Shown: one piece after another, positions 36,335 through 45,086 of the stretch
How the letters are laid out: every line of letters begins with the position of its first letter
Numbering within the stretch: position 1 is the first letter of the stretch
From: an uncultured Albidiferax sp.
GTDB lineage: Bacteria > Pseudomonadota > Gammaproteobacteria > Burkholderiales > Burkholderiaceae_C
Assembly: GCA_963513125.1 (NCBI GenBank)
Contig: CAUPPH010000001.1
Location: 386,532-450,531 of the forward strand
DNA length: 64,000 bases
Reading direction: 5' to 3'
Notes under the pieces: model-generated
Told to the model about the DNA's origin: nothing
The model's input: the letters and a program-made list of their open reading frames with translations, nothing else
Databases searched by the model: none
Position numbers and translations under genes: made by a program

Positions 36335-37102
36335 ATGTCTGTGCGCAGGAATTTCAGCAGTTCCCCACTCGTCCGCTGGCTTGGTGACCTCGATAACCCC
36401 GAGGCTGCGGTCGTGGGCGCAGTCATGGGTGGGGGGGACGTACCGCGCCAGGACGTTGCGCAAAAACTGAGCCAGTGGGTGGGCGTGTTCGAGTCGGTCA
36501 CGCTGCACGCGGCGCACCAATCGGTGGGTACGGTGGCGGATACCAGTGCAAAGCATATGCCGCCAGACCAGGTTGCCGCACTGCAGGCGCAGTGCCGCCA
36601 GGTGCAACAGACGCTGGTGCGCGCCATCGAGAAGCCCGAGGCGGCAGATACCGGCGCCCGGCGTGGCCGCCATCCGCTCAACCAGCCCGAGCCGCCCCCG
36701 GCCGCCGAAGTGGACTTTGCCCCGTACCGCCAGCATTACCTCGACCAGCAACGCAACATGAAGCTGATGGTGGGCTCCTTGCGCCACCAGCTGCGACAAA
36801 CCCTGGCCCAGGCCTCCCCCGCGCTGCGGCAGTTGGCGACTTTGGACGCAGTGTGGGAGCAACTGCTGGAAGGCCACGCACAAAAACTGCTGGCGACCGT
36901 GCCGGTGCGGCTGCAGCGGCGGTTCGAGCATTTACGCAAGCTGCACACGCAGCCCCCCGCACAAGACGCGTCCCTGTGGCGGCAACCGGGCGGCTGGCTG
37001 CATGGCTTCAACAAGGAACTGCAAGCGGTTTTGCGGGCCGAGCTGGACGTGCGGCTGGAGCCGGTGTGGGGCTTGATGGAAGCACTCAACCTAGATGAAT
37101 GA
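36335..37102 (+). CDS. DUF3348-like protein, Zorya type III ZorF-like
   Basis: First gene of the four-gene operon; recalled DUF3348 segments (FAPYRQHY, ELDVRLEPV.GL.EAL). Confidence 0.7.
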   Translation: MSVRRNFSSSPLVRWLGDLDNPEAAVVGAVMGGGDVPRQDVAQKLSQWVGVFESVTLHAAHQSVGTVADTSAKHMPPDQVAALQAQCRQVQQTLVRAIEKPEAADTGARRGRHPLNQPEPPPAAEVDFAPYRQHYLDQQRNMKLMVGSLRHQLRQTLAQASPALRQLATLDAVWEQLLEGHAQKLLATVPVRLQRRFEHLRKLHTQPPAQDASLWRQPGGWLHGFNKELQAVLRAELDVRLEPVWGLMEALNLDE

Positions 37103-39341
37103 AAAAGTACCAATGAACAGAATTGTTTTTGCAATGGCCTTTGCCATCGGTCTGGCGACCGTGGCCTGGGTGGGGATGGGTTTTGTCGGCGTGAGCTGGC
37201 TGGCCCTGGCCATGACCGTGGCGATTGGCGCGGTGTATGTGCTGGGGGCGTGGGAGGTCCAGCGCTACCGGGTCGCCACCACGGCGTTGGCAACCGCGCT
37301 GACCCATGTGGCGGAACCGACAGCCTTGGGTGTGGCCGCCTGGCTGGAACGTGTGCCCGCGGCCCTGCGCCATCCGGTACGCCTGCGCATCGAGGGTGAA
37401 CGGGCCGCCCTGCCCGGCCTGGCGCTCACGCCGTACCTGGTGGGGCTGCTGGTGATGCTGGGCATGCTGGGCACCTTTCTGGGCATGGTGGTGACCTTCA
37501 AAGGGGCGGTTTTTGCCCTCGAAGGCTCTAGCAACCTGGAAGCCATCCGTACGGCGCTGGCGGCACCCATCAAGGGGTTGGGGCTGTCGTTTGGCACCTC
37601 GGTGGCCGGGGTTGCCACCTCGGCCATGCTGGGCCTGTTGTCGGCCCTGGGGCGGCGCGAGCGGCTGGACGTGGTGCGCCAGCTCGACAGCTTGGCGGCC
37701 ACGGTTTTCCGCCCGTTGTCACAGGCCCACCAGCGCCAGGAAGCCTTCAAGGCGCTGCAGGTGCAAGCGCAGACTCTGCCCGAAGTGGTGGACCGCCTGC
37801 AGGCCATGGTGGACGGGCTGGAGCGCCGTAGCGCACAACTCAACACCCAGCTACAGGGACAGCAAGAACACCTCAGTACGCAGTTGCTGGAGCAACAGGC
37901 GCATTTCCACCGCGATGTCAGCGGGGTCTACACCCAACTGGCCCAGTCCGTAGGCACCTCGCTGCAAGACAGCCTGGTGGCCGGGGCCAAAGCGGCGGGC
38001 GAGAGCCTGCAGCCGGTGGTACAGGCCGCCATGGCAGAGATCGCGCAGGAATCCACCCGCTTGCACCAGCGCGTGCTGGATGCCACACAGGCGCAAATCA
38101 GCGGCCTGACCTTTGAGCTCGGCAGCACGGCGCGCAGCGTGGGCGATGGCTGGGCCACGGCGCTGCAGCAGCATGCGCGCAGCAGCGAAGCCCAGGTCGC
38201 CCAGCTGGGCCAGACGCTGGCCAGCTTTAGCACCACGTTTGAACAGCGCTCCGCAACGCTGCTGGCCACCGTGCACGAGGCCGCCGCCGCATCGCAAAGC
38301 CAGCAGGTGGCAGCCGACCAGCAACGGCTACAGGGCTGGACGCAGGCGCTGGAAGCCATGGCCACCCAGCTGCAGGGCGAATGGCAGCGCGTGGGTGCCC
38401 AAACACTGGCCGACCAGCGCTCCGCCAGCCTGTCGCTGGCACAAGCCGCCAGCGACATCACCGACCGTACCAGCCAGCAGGTCGGCCAGACGATGGACGG
38501 GTTGGCCGGGGTGCTGGCCCGGTCCGAAGCCCTGGTGCAGTCGCGCACCGAGACGGAAGCCCGCTGGGCCGCGCAGCAAGGCGAGCGCATGGACCAACTG
38601 GCTGCGTTGTGGCGCAGCGAACTCGGTGCGCTGCGGGCCGAAGAAGCCAGCCGTGGAGTGGCTGCCGTAGAGCGCCTGGACGCACTGCAGACCGCACTGG
38701 CCAGCCACCTCGCCACGCTGGGCACGGCGCTGGAAGCCCCCATGACCCGGCTGATGCACACCGCCGCCGAGGTGCCGCAAGCCGCCGCAGGCGTGATCAC
38801 CCAACTGCGCCAGGAAATGACCCGCCTCAGTGAGCGCGACAACCTGGCTTTTGAAGAACGCTCCAGCCTGCTGGAGAAAATCAGCACGTTGCTGCAGCAC
38901 CTGAACCAGGCATCCAACGCGCAGCAGGCGGCAATCGAGTCGCTGGTGGCCTCGGCCGCCACGGTGCTGGACCAGGCCGGCCAGCAGTTTGCCAACACCC
39001 TGGGCACCCACGCGGGCCAAGCGGCGGATGTAGCCGCCCATGTGGCGGGCAGCGCGGTAGAACTGGCCAGCCTGGGAGAAGCCTTCGGCCACGGGGTGCA
39101 ACTGTTCAGCACCAGCAACGAGAAGCTGATGGACAGCCTGCACCGCATGGAGGGCAGCATCGGCCAGTCGGTGGCGCGCAGCGACGAGCAACTCGCCTAC
39201 TACGTGGCGCAGGCCCGCGAGGTGATCGACCTGAGCATCAGCTCACAGCAAGGCCTGGTGGAAGACCTGCGTAGTCGTGGCAGCAGTCGCAGCAGCAAGC
39301 CCGCCGTATCCGCCGCATTGGCCAAAGAGAGCGTGGCATGA
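37095..39341 (+). CDS. zorA: ZorA-like (DUF802) MotA/TolQ/ExbB membrane protein with long coiled-coil tail
   Basis: N-terminal TMs, GMLGTFLGM and GLGLSFGTSVAG channel helices, then ~550 aa of Ala/Gln/Leu-rich helical tail. Confidence 0.8.
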   Translation: MNEKVPMNRIVFAMAFAIGLATVAWVGMGFVGVSWLALAMTVAIGAVYVLGAWEVQRYRVATTALATALTHVAEPTALGVAAWLERVPAALRHPVRLRIEGERAALPGLALTPYLVGLLVMLGMLGTFLGMVVTFKGAVFALEGSSNLEAIRTALAAPIKGLGLSFGTSVAGVATSAMLGLLSALGRRERLDVVRQLDSLAATVFRPLSQAHQRQEAFKALQVQAQTLPEVVDRLQAMVDGLERRSAQLNTQLQGQQEHLSTQLLEQQAHFHRDVSGVYTQLAQSVGTSLQDSLVAGAKAAGESLQPVVQAAMAEIAQESTRLHQRVLDATQAQISGLTFELGSTARSVGDGWATALQQHARSSEAQVAQLGQTLASFSTTFEQRSATLLATVHEAAAASQSQQVAADQQRLQGWTQALEAMATQLQGEWQRVGAQTLADQRSASLSLAQAASDITDRTSQQVGQTMDGLAGVLARSEALVQSRTETEARWAAQQGERMDQLAALWRSELGALRAEEASRGVAAVERLDALQTALASHLATLGTALEAPMTRLMHTAAEVPQAAAGVITQLRQEMTRLSERDNLAFEERSSLLEKISTLLQHLNQASNAQQAAIESLVASAATVLDQAGQQFANTLGTHAGQAADVAAHVAGSAVELASLGEAFGHGVQLFSTSNEKLMDSLHRMEGSIGQSVARSDEQLAYYVAQAREVIDLSISSQQGLVEDLRSRGSSRSSKPAVSAALAKESVA

Positions 39342-39985
39342 CCGGCGCCGATGGCCTGGACGGTATCGACGACGACAGCATCGCGCAGGCCGCGCCGGTA
39401 TGGGCAGTGTTTGGCGACCTGATGGCGGGCCTGCTGGGCGCGTTTGTGCTGATCCTGGTGGGTGTGCTGGTGGTGCAAATGGACCTGGTGGCCAACCTGC
39501 AGGCCGAGGTGGGCAAGCGCCAGGCGGAAGAGCAGCGCCGCATGGCGCTGGAAAAAGCCCTGGCCATTCCGCTGGCGGCAGGCCGGGTCACGCTGAACAA
39601 CGGCCGCATCGGCATCAGCGGCAATGTGCTGTTCCCGGTCAACTCCGACCAGTTGCGCCCTGAAGGGCAGCAACTGCTGAAAAGCCTGGTACCGGCGTTG
39701 CAGTTGGTCCTGGGTGAGCGCGACGACATGATGATGGTCAGCGGCTTCACCGACGACAAACCCATCGTGGATGGCAACCAGCGGTTTGCCGACAACCTGG
39801 AGCTGTCGGCCCAGCGCGCCCTCAAGGTGACCCGTGCGCTGATCGATGAAGGCATGCCCTCGTCCAAGGTGTTTGCGGCGGCATTCGGTGCCGAGCAGCC
39901 GGTGGCCTCCAACACCAGCGAGCAGGGCCGCGCACTGAACCGGCGCGTGGAAATGGCCCCGGTGCCCCGGTCTGCCAAGCCATGA
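39338..39985 (+). CDS. zorB: ZorB-like MotB/OmpA-domain protein
   Basis: Single TM with conserved Asp (FGDLMAGL), then OmpA-like domain (GFTDD, NLELSAQRA..V, NRRVE). Confidence 0.82.
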   Translation: MTGADGLDGIDDDSIAQAAPVWAVFGDLMAGLLGAFVLILVGVLVVQMDLVANLQAEVGKRQAEEQRRMALEKALAIPLAAGRVTLNNGRIGISGNVLFPVNSDQLRPEGQQLLKSLVPALQLVLGERDDMMMVSGFTDDKPIVDGNQRFADNLELSAQRALKVTRALIDEGMPSSKVFAAAFGAEQPVASNTSEQGRALNRRVEMAPVPRSAKP

Positions 39986-40560
39986 GCGAGCCGGGAGCGC
40001 CGCCGTCGCTACAGTCGTTGCGCAGCACCGATGCCCAGCGACTCGACCCGACACGCTTCCATTACCTGGAAGTGCTTTCGCGCCGCGCGGGCGCGGCAAC
40101 GGGCGCGCTACAGCCGATTTTGCAGGCCAAGCTGGACACGGCATTGGCCGACTACAGCCAGCGCTTGGGGCAGGCGCAGGGCCTGCGCCGACCCGTTTCA
40201 AACAGCGGCGCTGGGCCTTTGGCCGAACTGAACCACTACATCCGCCGCACCACGCAGCAAAGCCACCACCACGGACCCCGGCCAGAGCTGAAAAGCGTGC
40301 GCGGTTTCCGCGAGGTGTGGTCCAAAATCGCCGCCATCGACCACATGGACCAGGCCATGGTGCGCGGCCCTGAAAACGCCGGTCCGCTGAATCCCCACAT
40401 GCTGGTGCTGCGCTCCCTGGCGCTGATGCGCCAGCTATCGCCCGACTACCTGCAGCGTTTTCTGTCGCATGTGGACTCGCTGCTGTGGCTGGACCAGGAA
40501 AACCAGAAACACACACCGGCAGAGGCCAAGCCCGCGCGCAAGAGTCGGTCCAAGAAATAG
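39982..40560 (+). CDS. DUF2894-like protein, Zorya type III ZorG-like
   Basis: DP.RFHYLE.L.RR and P.NAGPLN...LVLRSL..MR.LSP.YL.RF.S.VDSL.WL; ATGA-coupled to zorB. Confidence 0.72.
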   Translation: MSEPGAPPSLQSLRSTDAQRLDPTRFHYLEVLSRRAGAATGALQPILQAKLDTALADYSQRLGQAQGLRRPVSNSGAGPLAELNHYIRRTTQQSHHHGPRPELKSVRGFREVWSKIAAIDHMDQAMVRGPENAGPLNPHMLVLRSLALMRQLSPDYLQRFLSHVDSLLWLDQENQKHTPAEAKPARKSRSKK

Positions 40561-40561
40561 T

Positions 40562-40578
40562 CTTAAGTTCCGCCTAAG
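40562..40578 (+). promoter_or_regulatory. QseB/PmrA-type direct-repeat box
   Basis: CTTAAG-N5-CCTAAG upstream of the OmpR-family regulator. Confidence 0.55.
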
Positions 40579-40601
40579 CCAAAAAAACACATACTCACGG
40601 C

Positions 40602-41261
40602 ATGCGCTTGTTACTGGTAGAAGACGACCCCATGATCGGTGAGACCGTGCTCGACGTGCTGCGCGCCGAGCATTTCGCCGTGGACTGGGTGAAAGACGGA
40701 GTGATGGCCGACACCGCCCTGCGCAGCGCGCCCTACGACCTGGTGCTGCTTGACCTGGGCCTGCCCCGGCGCGACGGGCTGGACGTGCTCAAAGCCCTGC
40801 GCCAGCGCAAAGACAGCACCCCGGTGCTGGTGGTCACCGCCCGCGACGCGGTGGCCGATCGCATTGCCGGGCTGGATGCCGGGGCCGACGACTACGTGCT
40901 CAAACCCTACGACATCGACGAGCTGCTGGCCCGCATCCGCGCCCTGACCCGGCGCAGCGCTGGCCGAGCCGACCCGGTACTGGAAGTGCACGGCCTGCGC
41001 CTGAACCCTGCTACCTTTGAGGCCACCCGCGACGGCCAGCCTGTCACCCTCTCAAAACGCGAATGGGCCGTGCTGGAAGCGCTGATGGCCCGCCCCGGCG
41101 TGGTGTTCTCGCGGGCGCAACTGGAAGAAAAGCTCTACAGCTGGAAAGACGACGTGAGCAGCAACGCGGTCGAGGTCTACATCCACGGCCTGCGCAAAAA
41201 GCTGGGGGCCGAGCTGATCCAGAACGTGCGCGGCCTGGGCTACGTGATGCCTCGGCCATGA
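40602..41261 (+). CDS. OmpR-family response regulator (QseB/PmrA-like)
   Basis: VEDD, LLDLGLP, GADDY.LKP and SNAVEVYIHGLRKKLG motifs. Confidence 0.92.
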   Translation: MRLLLVEDDPMIGETVLDVLRAEHFAVDWVKDGVMADTALRSAPYDLVLLDLGLPRRDGLDVLKALRQRKDSTPVLVVTARDAVADRIAGLDAGADDYVLKPYDIDELLARIRALTRRSAGRADPVLEVHGLRLNPATFEATRDGQPVTLSKREWAVLEALMARPGVVFSRAQLEEKLYSWKDDVSSNAVEVYIHGLRKKLGAELIQNVRGLGYVMPRP

Positions 41262-42595
41262 ACTCGATACGCCGCCGCCTGCTGGGCTCGGTGATGACCG
41301 CCATCCTGGTGGCCGCGCTGTTCCAGGCTGCATCGGCCTACCGCGGTGCGCTGCAGCAGGCCGATGAAATGTTCGACTACCACCTGCAGCAAATGGCTTT
41401 TGCGCTGCGCAATGGGGCACTGCGCCAAAGCGCGCCCGAAGCCCCCTTTGATGCCGACTACGAGGTGCAGATCTGGAGCGCAGACGGCGTGCAGTTGTTC
41501 CAGTCGCATATCAACCGCCTGCCGCCGCAAGCGGTGCTGGGCTTTTCGGACGTGGAACAAAACGGCACGCGCTACCGCGTCTACTCCATCCAGACCCCAG
41601 CGCAAACCATCCAGATCGCCCAGGACCTGAGCGCCCGCCAGGCCCGCGCCCGGGCCCTGGCCGTGCGCGCCATGCTGCCCATGGCCGCCATGGCGCCGCT
41701 GCTGATGATGGCGCTGTGGTGGGCCATCCGCAGCGCCCTGAAGCCCCTGGAGCGCACCCGCCAGCAGGTGGCCGCCCGCGCGGTGGACGACCTGTCGCCT
41801 CTGCCCGAAGCCGACCTGCCCGACGAGGTGCTGCCGCTGGTGCGCGAGCTGAACCTGCTGTTTGGCCGGGTGCACACCGCCTTCGATGCCCAGAAATCCT
41901 TTGTGGCCAATGCCGCGCACGAGCTGCGTTCGCCACTCACCGCCCTCAAGCTGCAGGCCCAGGCGCTGGACCGCGCCCCCGACGCGCCCACCCGCAGCAT
42001 CGCCATCGCCCGGCTGCACCAGGGCATCGACCGCGCGGTGCGCCTGATGAACCAGCTGCTGGTGCTGGCCCGGCAAGAGTCGGCCAGCGACACGCCGCCC
42101 GAGCCCATCGCGCTGCACGACCTGGTGCGCCTGGGTGTGGAAGAGGCCCTGCCACAGGCCCAAGAACGCCACATCGACCTGGGTGCGCACCTCGGCGATA
42201 CGGTGCAAGTGCAAGGCCACCCCGACGCGCTGCGCATCCTGCTGCGCAACCTGCTGGACAACGCGCTGAAGTACACGCCCGAGCAGGGCCGCGTGGACGT
42301 GGCCATCACCAGCGAGAACGGCACACCCGTGCTGACCGTGGAAGACTCCGGCCCCGGCATTGCGCCCGCCGATCTGGAAAAGGTGTTTGACCGTTTCTAC
42401 CGCAGCGCCGAAGCCACAGCAGGCGGCAGCGGGCTGGGCCTGGCGATTGCCCAGGCGATTGCCCAGGCGCACGGCGCGAAACTGCGGCTGGACGCATCCC
42501 CCACGCTGGGCGGATTGCGGGTAGCGCTGGTATTTACAAGCCCGCCAGCAGCTCCGCAAACGCCTGCGACCGGCCCTGGCGCGAAGCATTCTTGA
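41258..42595 (+). CDS. Sensor histidine kinase (QseC/PmrB-like)
   Basis: Start reassigned to MNSIRRRLL; AAHELRSPLT, NLLDNALKY, DSGPGI and GSGLGLAI motifs. Confidence 0.92.
   Translation: MNSIRRRLLGSVMTAILVAALFQAASAYRGALQQADEMFDYHLQQMAFALRNGALRQSAPEAPFDADYEVQIWSADGVQLFQSHINRLPPQAVLGFSDVEQNGTRYRVYSIQTPAQTIQIAQDLSARQARARALAVRAMLPMAAMAPLLMMALWWAIRSALKPLERTRQQVAARAVDDLSPLPEADLPDEVLPLVRELNLLFGRVHTAFDAQKSFVANAAHELRSPLTALKLQAQALDRAPDAPTRSIAIARLHQGIDRAVRLMNQLLVLARQESASDTPPEPIALHDLVRLGVEEALPQAQERHIDLGAHLGDTVQVQGHPDALRILLRNLLDNALKYTPEQGRVDVAITSENGTPVLTVEDSGPGIAPADLEKVFDRFYRSAEATAGGSGLGLAIAQAIAQAHGAKLRLDASPTLGGLRVALVFTSPPAAPQTPATGPGAKHS
42521..42558 (-). repeat. REP-like family 1 partial copy in the convergent kinase/GT4 overlap
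   Basis: Reverse complement GGAGCTGCTGGCGGGCTTGTAAATACCAGCGCTAC. Confidence 0.5.
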
Positions 42596-43766
42596 CGACC
42601 GCGGGGTCGGGCAAACGCACCGCCTGGGCCCGCACATCGGCCACAAACTGCGGCAACAGGGCGGCAATCTCGTCGGCCGAGTCGATGCGCGCCATGGCCT
42701 CCAGCCCGGCACCGCGCAGCACACCCGCGGTGTCGCCCACCGGATCGGTCAGGCCGAGGATAGGGCGGCCTGCGCGCAGGTATTCGTAAATCTTGGCGGG
42801 AATCTGGGCATTGCAGTTGCTGGCCTGCATGACCAGCAAGGCATCCACCGACAGCATTTCCGCCAGGGCCTCACGGTAGGACACGGCGGGGCTGAGTTCG
42901 ATGAAGTCCTGCACGCCGTACTGGGTGGCCAACTGGGTCAGCATGTCGTCATGGGCCGAGGCGCGAAAGCGAATTTGCAACTGCCGGGCCGTTAACGCCC
43001 CGCTGGCCTTCAGGCGCTGCAAAGCCTGGAACAGCTGGGTCGGGTCGCGCTCGGACGGGTAGACGATGCCGCTGTGCAGCAGCACCACGGGCTGGTCGCC
43101 GGTCAGCGGGCGGGGCGCCACGGCAGGTGCATGGGCAAAGCTTTCTTCGTCATAGCCGTTTTCCAGCACAGTGATGCGGCTGGCGGCCTGGGGATAACGC
43201 TCGCGGTACATCTGCGCTGCGCCAGGGGTGGTGAAGACGCTGCGGCTGGCCTGCTCCACCGCTTCTTGTTCGATGCGCTGGTAGCTGCGCCAGGTGATGG
43301 GGTCGGCGGGGTAGCCGTCTTGCGCCATCGGGTCGCGGAAATCGGCAATCCAGGGCAAACCCGTCTTCTGGTGCAACTGCTGGGCGATCACGTGGGCGGT
43401 GGCAATCGGGTAGGTAGACCAGATCGCATCGGGCTTGAATTCCTTGATGAGTTGCAGGCCTTGGCGCACCGCGTCAAAGCGCCAGCTGATCCAGCGGTCG
43501 GGCCGGGCCATCCAGCCCATGTAGCGGCCCTGGATGTTCAGGTGCCGTGCGGTGTCAAGGGCAAAGGCGCGGCGCACCACGGTGCCCTCGGGCACGTCGT
43601 TCATCAAATCGGGGCTGGTGCGCTCATAGGCGCGCGGGTCGGCGGTCAGGACCACCGGCTTCCAGCCCAGCGCGGGCAGGTGCTGCACAAAGCGCAAGGT
43701 CCGCTGGATACCACTGCTGCCCGCCAGCGGCGGGAAGTGGTAGGCGATCATCAAAACTGTTTTCAC
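42534..43766 (-). CDS. GT4-family glycosyltransferase
   Basis: GTG start MKTVLMIAYHFPP; NGYDE, PAKIYEYL..GRPIL; overlaps the kinase 3' end by 62 bp. Confidence 0.85.
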   Translation of the reverse strand: MKTVLMIAYHFPPLAGSSGIQRTLRFVQHLPALGWKPVVLTADPRAYERTSPDLMNDVPEGTVVRRAFALDTARHLNIQGRYMGWMARPDRWISWRFDAVRQGLQLIKEFKPDAIWSTYPIATAHVIAQQLHQKTGLPWIADFRDPMAQDGYPADPITWRSYQRIEQEAVEQASRSVFTTPGAAQMYRERYPQAASRITVLENGYDEESFAHAPAVAPRPLTGDQPVVLLHSGIVYPSERDPTQLFQALQRLKASGALTARQLQIRFRASAHDDMLTQLATQYGVQDFIELSPAVSYREALAEMLSVDALLVMQASNCNAQIPAKIYEYLRAGRPILGLTDPVGDTAGVLRGAGLEAMARIDSADEIAALLPQFVADVRAQAVRLPDPAVVKNASRQGRSQAFAELLAGL

Positions 43767-43906
43767 ACGGGAGGCCTTGGTTACACGACTTACGCAGCGC
43801 GCCCAGCGGGCAACACAGGGCGCGCTGCGTAAGTCTTCGATTATTTCTGCTGCGAGATCATACGGGGAGAAGCGTGACACGGCATCCGGCAGAATCGCCT
43901 GCACCT

Positions 43907-45061
43907 ATGACACTGACCCCCCTTCTGCGTTACGCCCGTTTTTTAGCCTTGTGGCTGCTGCTGTGCGGGGTGGCCATGGCCCAGGGCGCTGCCAACACCC
44001 TGCAGGTCGGCCCGCAGCGAGTTATTAAAACTATAGCTGCTGCTGCCCGTCTGGCAGGCGCAGGCACCACCATCGAAGTAGATGCGGGCGAGTACGTGGG
44101 CGACGTGGCGGTGTGGACCCAGCCCAACCTGACGCTGCGCGCCGTGGGCGGGCGGGTGCGCCTGCAGGCCAACGGCATGGCGGCAGAGGACAAAGCCATC
44201 TGGGTGGTGCGTTCGCCAAAGTTCACCGTGGAAGGCTTTGACTTTGAAGGCGCGCAGGTGGCGGGCCGCAATGGCGCGGGCATCCGCTTTGAATCCGGCT
44301 GGCTGGTGGTGCGCAACTGCAGCTTCACCCACAACGAAATGGGCCTGCTCACCAGCAACCACCCCCAAGCCGTGCTGGAGGTGGAGAACAGCGAATTCGC
44401 CTACAACATGCGCCCCGACGGGCACAACCACAACCTCTACATCGGCCAGATTGCCCGTGCAACTGTTACCGGCAGTTACCTGCACCACGCCCGCACCGGC
44501 CACCTGCTGAAAAGCCGTGCGGCCATCAGCCAGATTCTGTACAACCGCCTGACCGACGACGGCGGCAGCGCCAGCTACGAGCTGGAGTTTCCCAACGGCG
44601 GCGTGGCGACAGTGCTAGGCAACACCATCCAGCAGGGTCCGTTGACCGAAAACCCGGCGCTCATCTCCTTTGGGGCCGAGGGCTACACCTGGCCCGTCAA
44701 CCAGATCAGCCTGGCCTACAACACCCTGGTGGACGACCTGCCCAGCGGCGGCATCTGGCTGAAGGTCAAACCCGGAGCCGACGCGGTGCTGGCCGTGAAC
44801 AACCTGCTGGTCGGCACCGCGCCGCTACAGGCCACCGCGCCGGACGACTTTCGCAACAACTTCCACACCGACCGCAGCAGCTTTGCGCCCGGCGGCGACT
44901 ACCGGCTGCGGGCGGGCTCACCGCTGCGGGGCCAAGCCATCGCCCTGGACCATGGACTGCAAGTGCGGCGTGAATACAGCCACACAGCCAAAAGCATCCC
45001 CCTGGGCAATGCCCCGCATAATCCCGGGGCGATGCAGCGCCTGCTGGCGCGCCAGCCCTGA
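43907..45061 (+). CDS. Exported pectin-lyase-fold (right-handed beta-helix) protein
   Basis: Signal peptide; GEY.GD, NGAGIRFE, HNLYIG and GHL.KSRA repeats. Confidence 0.75.
   Translation: MTLTPLLRYARFLALWLLLCGVAMAQGAANTLQVGPQRVIKTIAAAARLAGAGTTIEVDAGEYVGDVAVWTQPNLTLRAVGGRVRLQANGMAAEDKAIWVVRSPKFTVEGFDFEGAQVAGRNGAGIRFESGWLVVRNCSFTHNEMGLLTSNHPQAVLEVENSEFAYNMRPDGHNHNLYIGQIARATVTGSYLHHARTGHLLKSRAAISQILYNRLTDDGGSASYELEFPNGGVATVLGNTIQQGPLTENPALISFGAEGYTWPVNQISLAYNTLVDDLPSGGIWLKVKPGADAVLAVNNLLVGTAPLQATAPDDFRNNFHTDRSSFAPGGDYRLRAGSPLRGQAIALDHGLQVRREYSHTAKSIPLGNAPHNPGAMQRLLARQP
44021..44065 (+). repeat. REP-like family 1 copy inside the beta-helix gene
   Basis: GTTATTAAAACTATAGCTGCTGCTGCCCGTCTGGCAGGCGCAGG with atypical AT-rich codons. 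Confidence 0.6.
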
Positions 45062-45086
45062 TATTTTTGCTTTCTACGCCTCCACT

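Noticed and set aside
37095-39985. Flagellar MotAB or TonB ExbBD assignment
   Set aside because: The 748-aa A subunit with a long tail, the flanking DUF genes and the lack of flagellar or TonB context fit Zorya better
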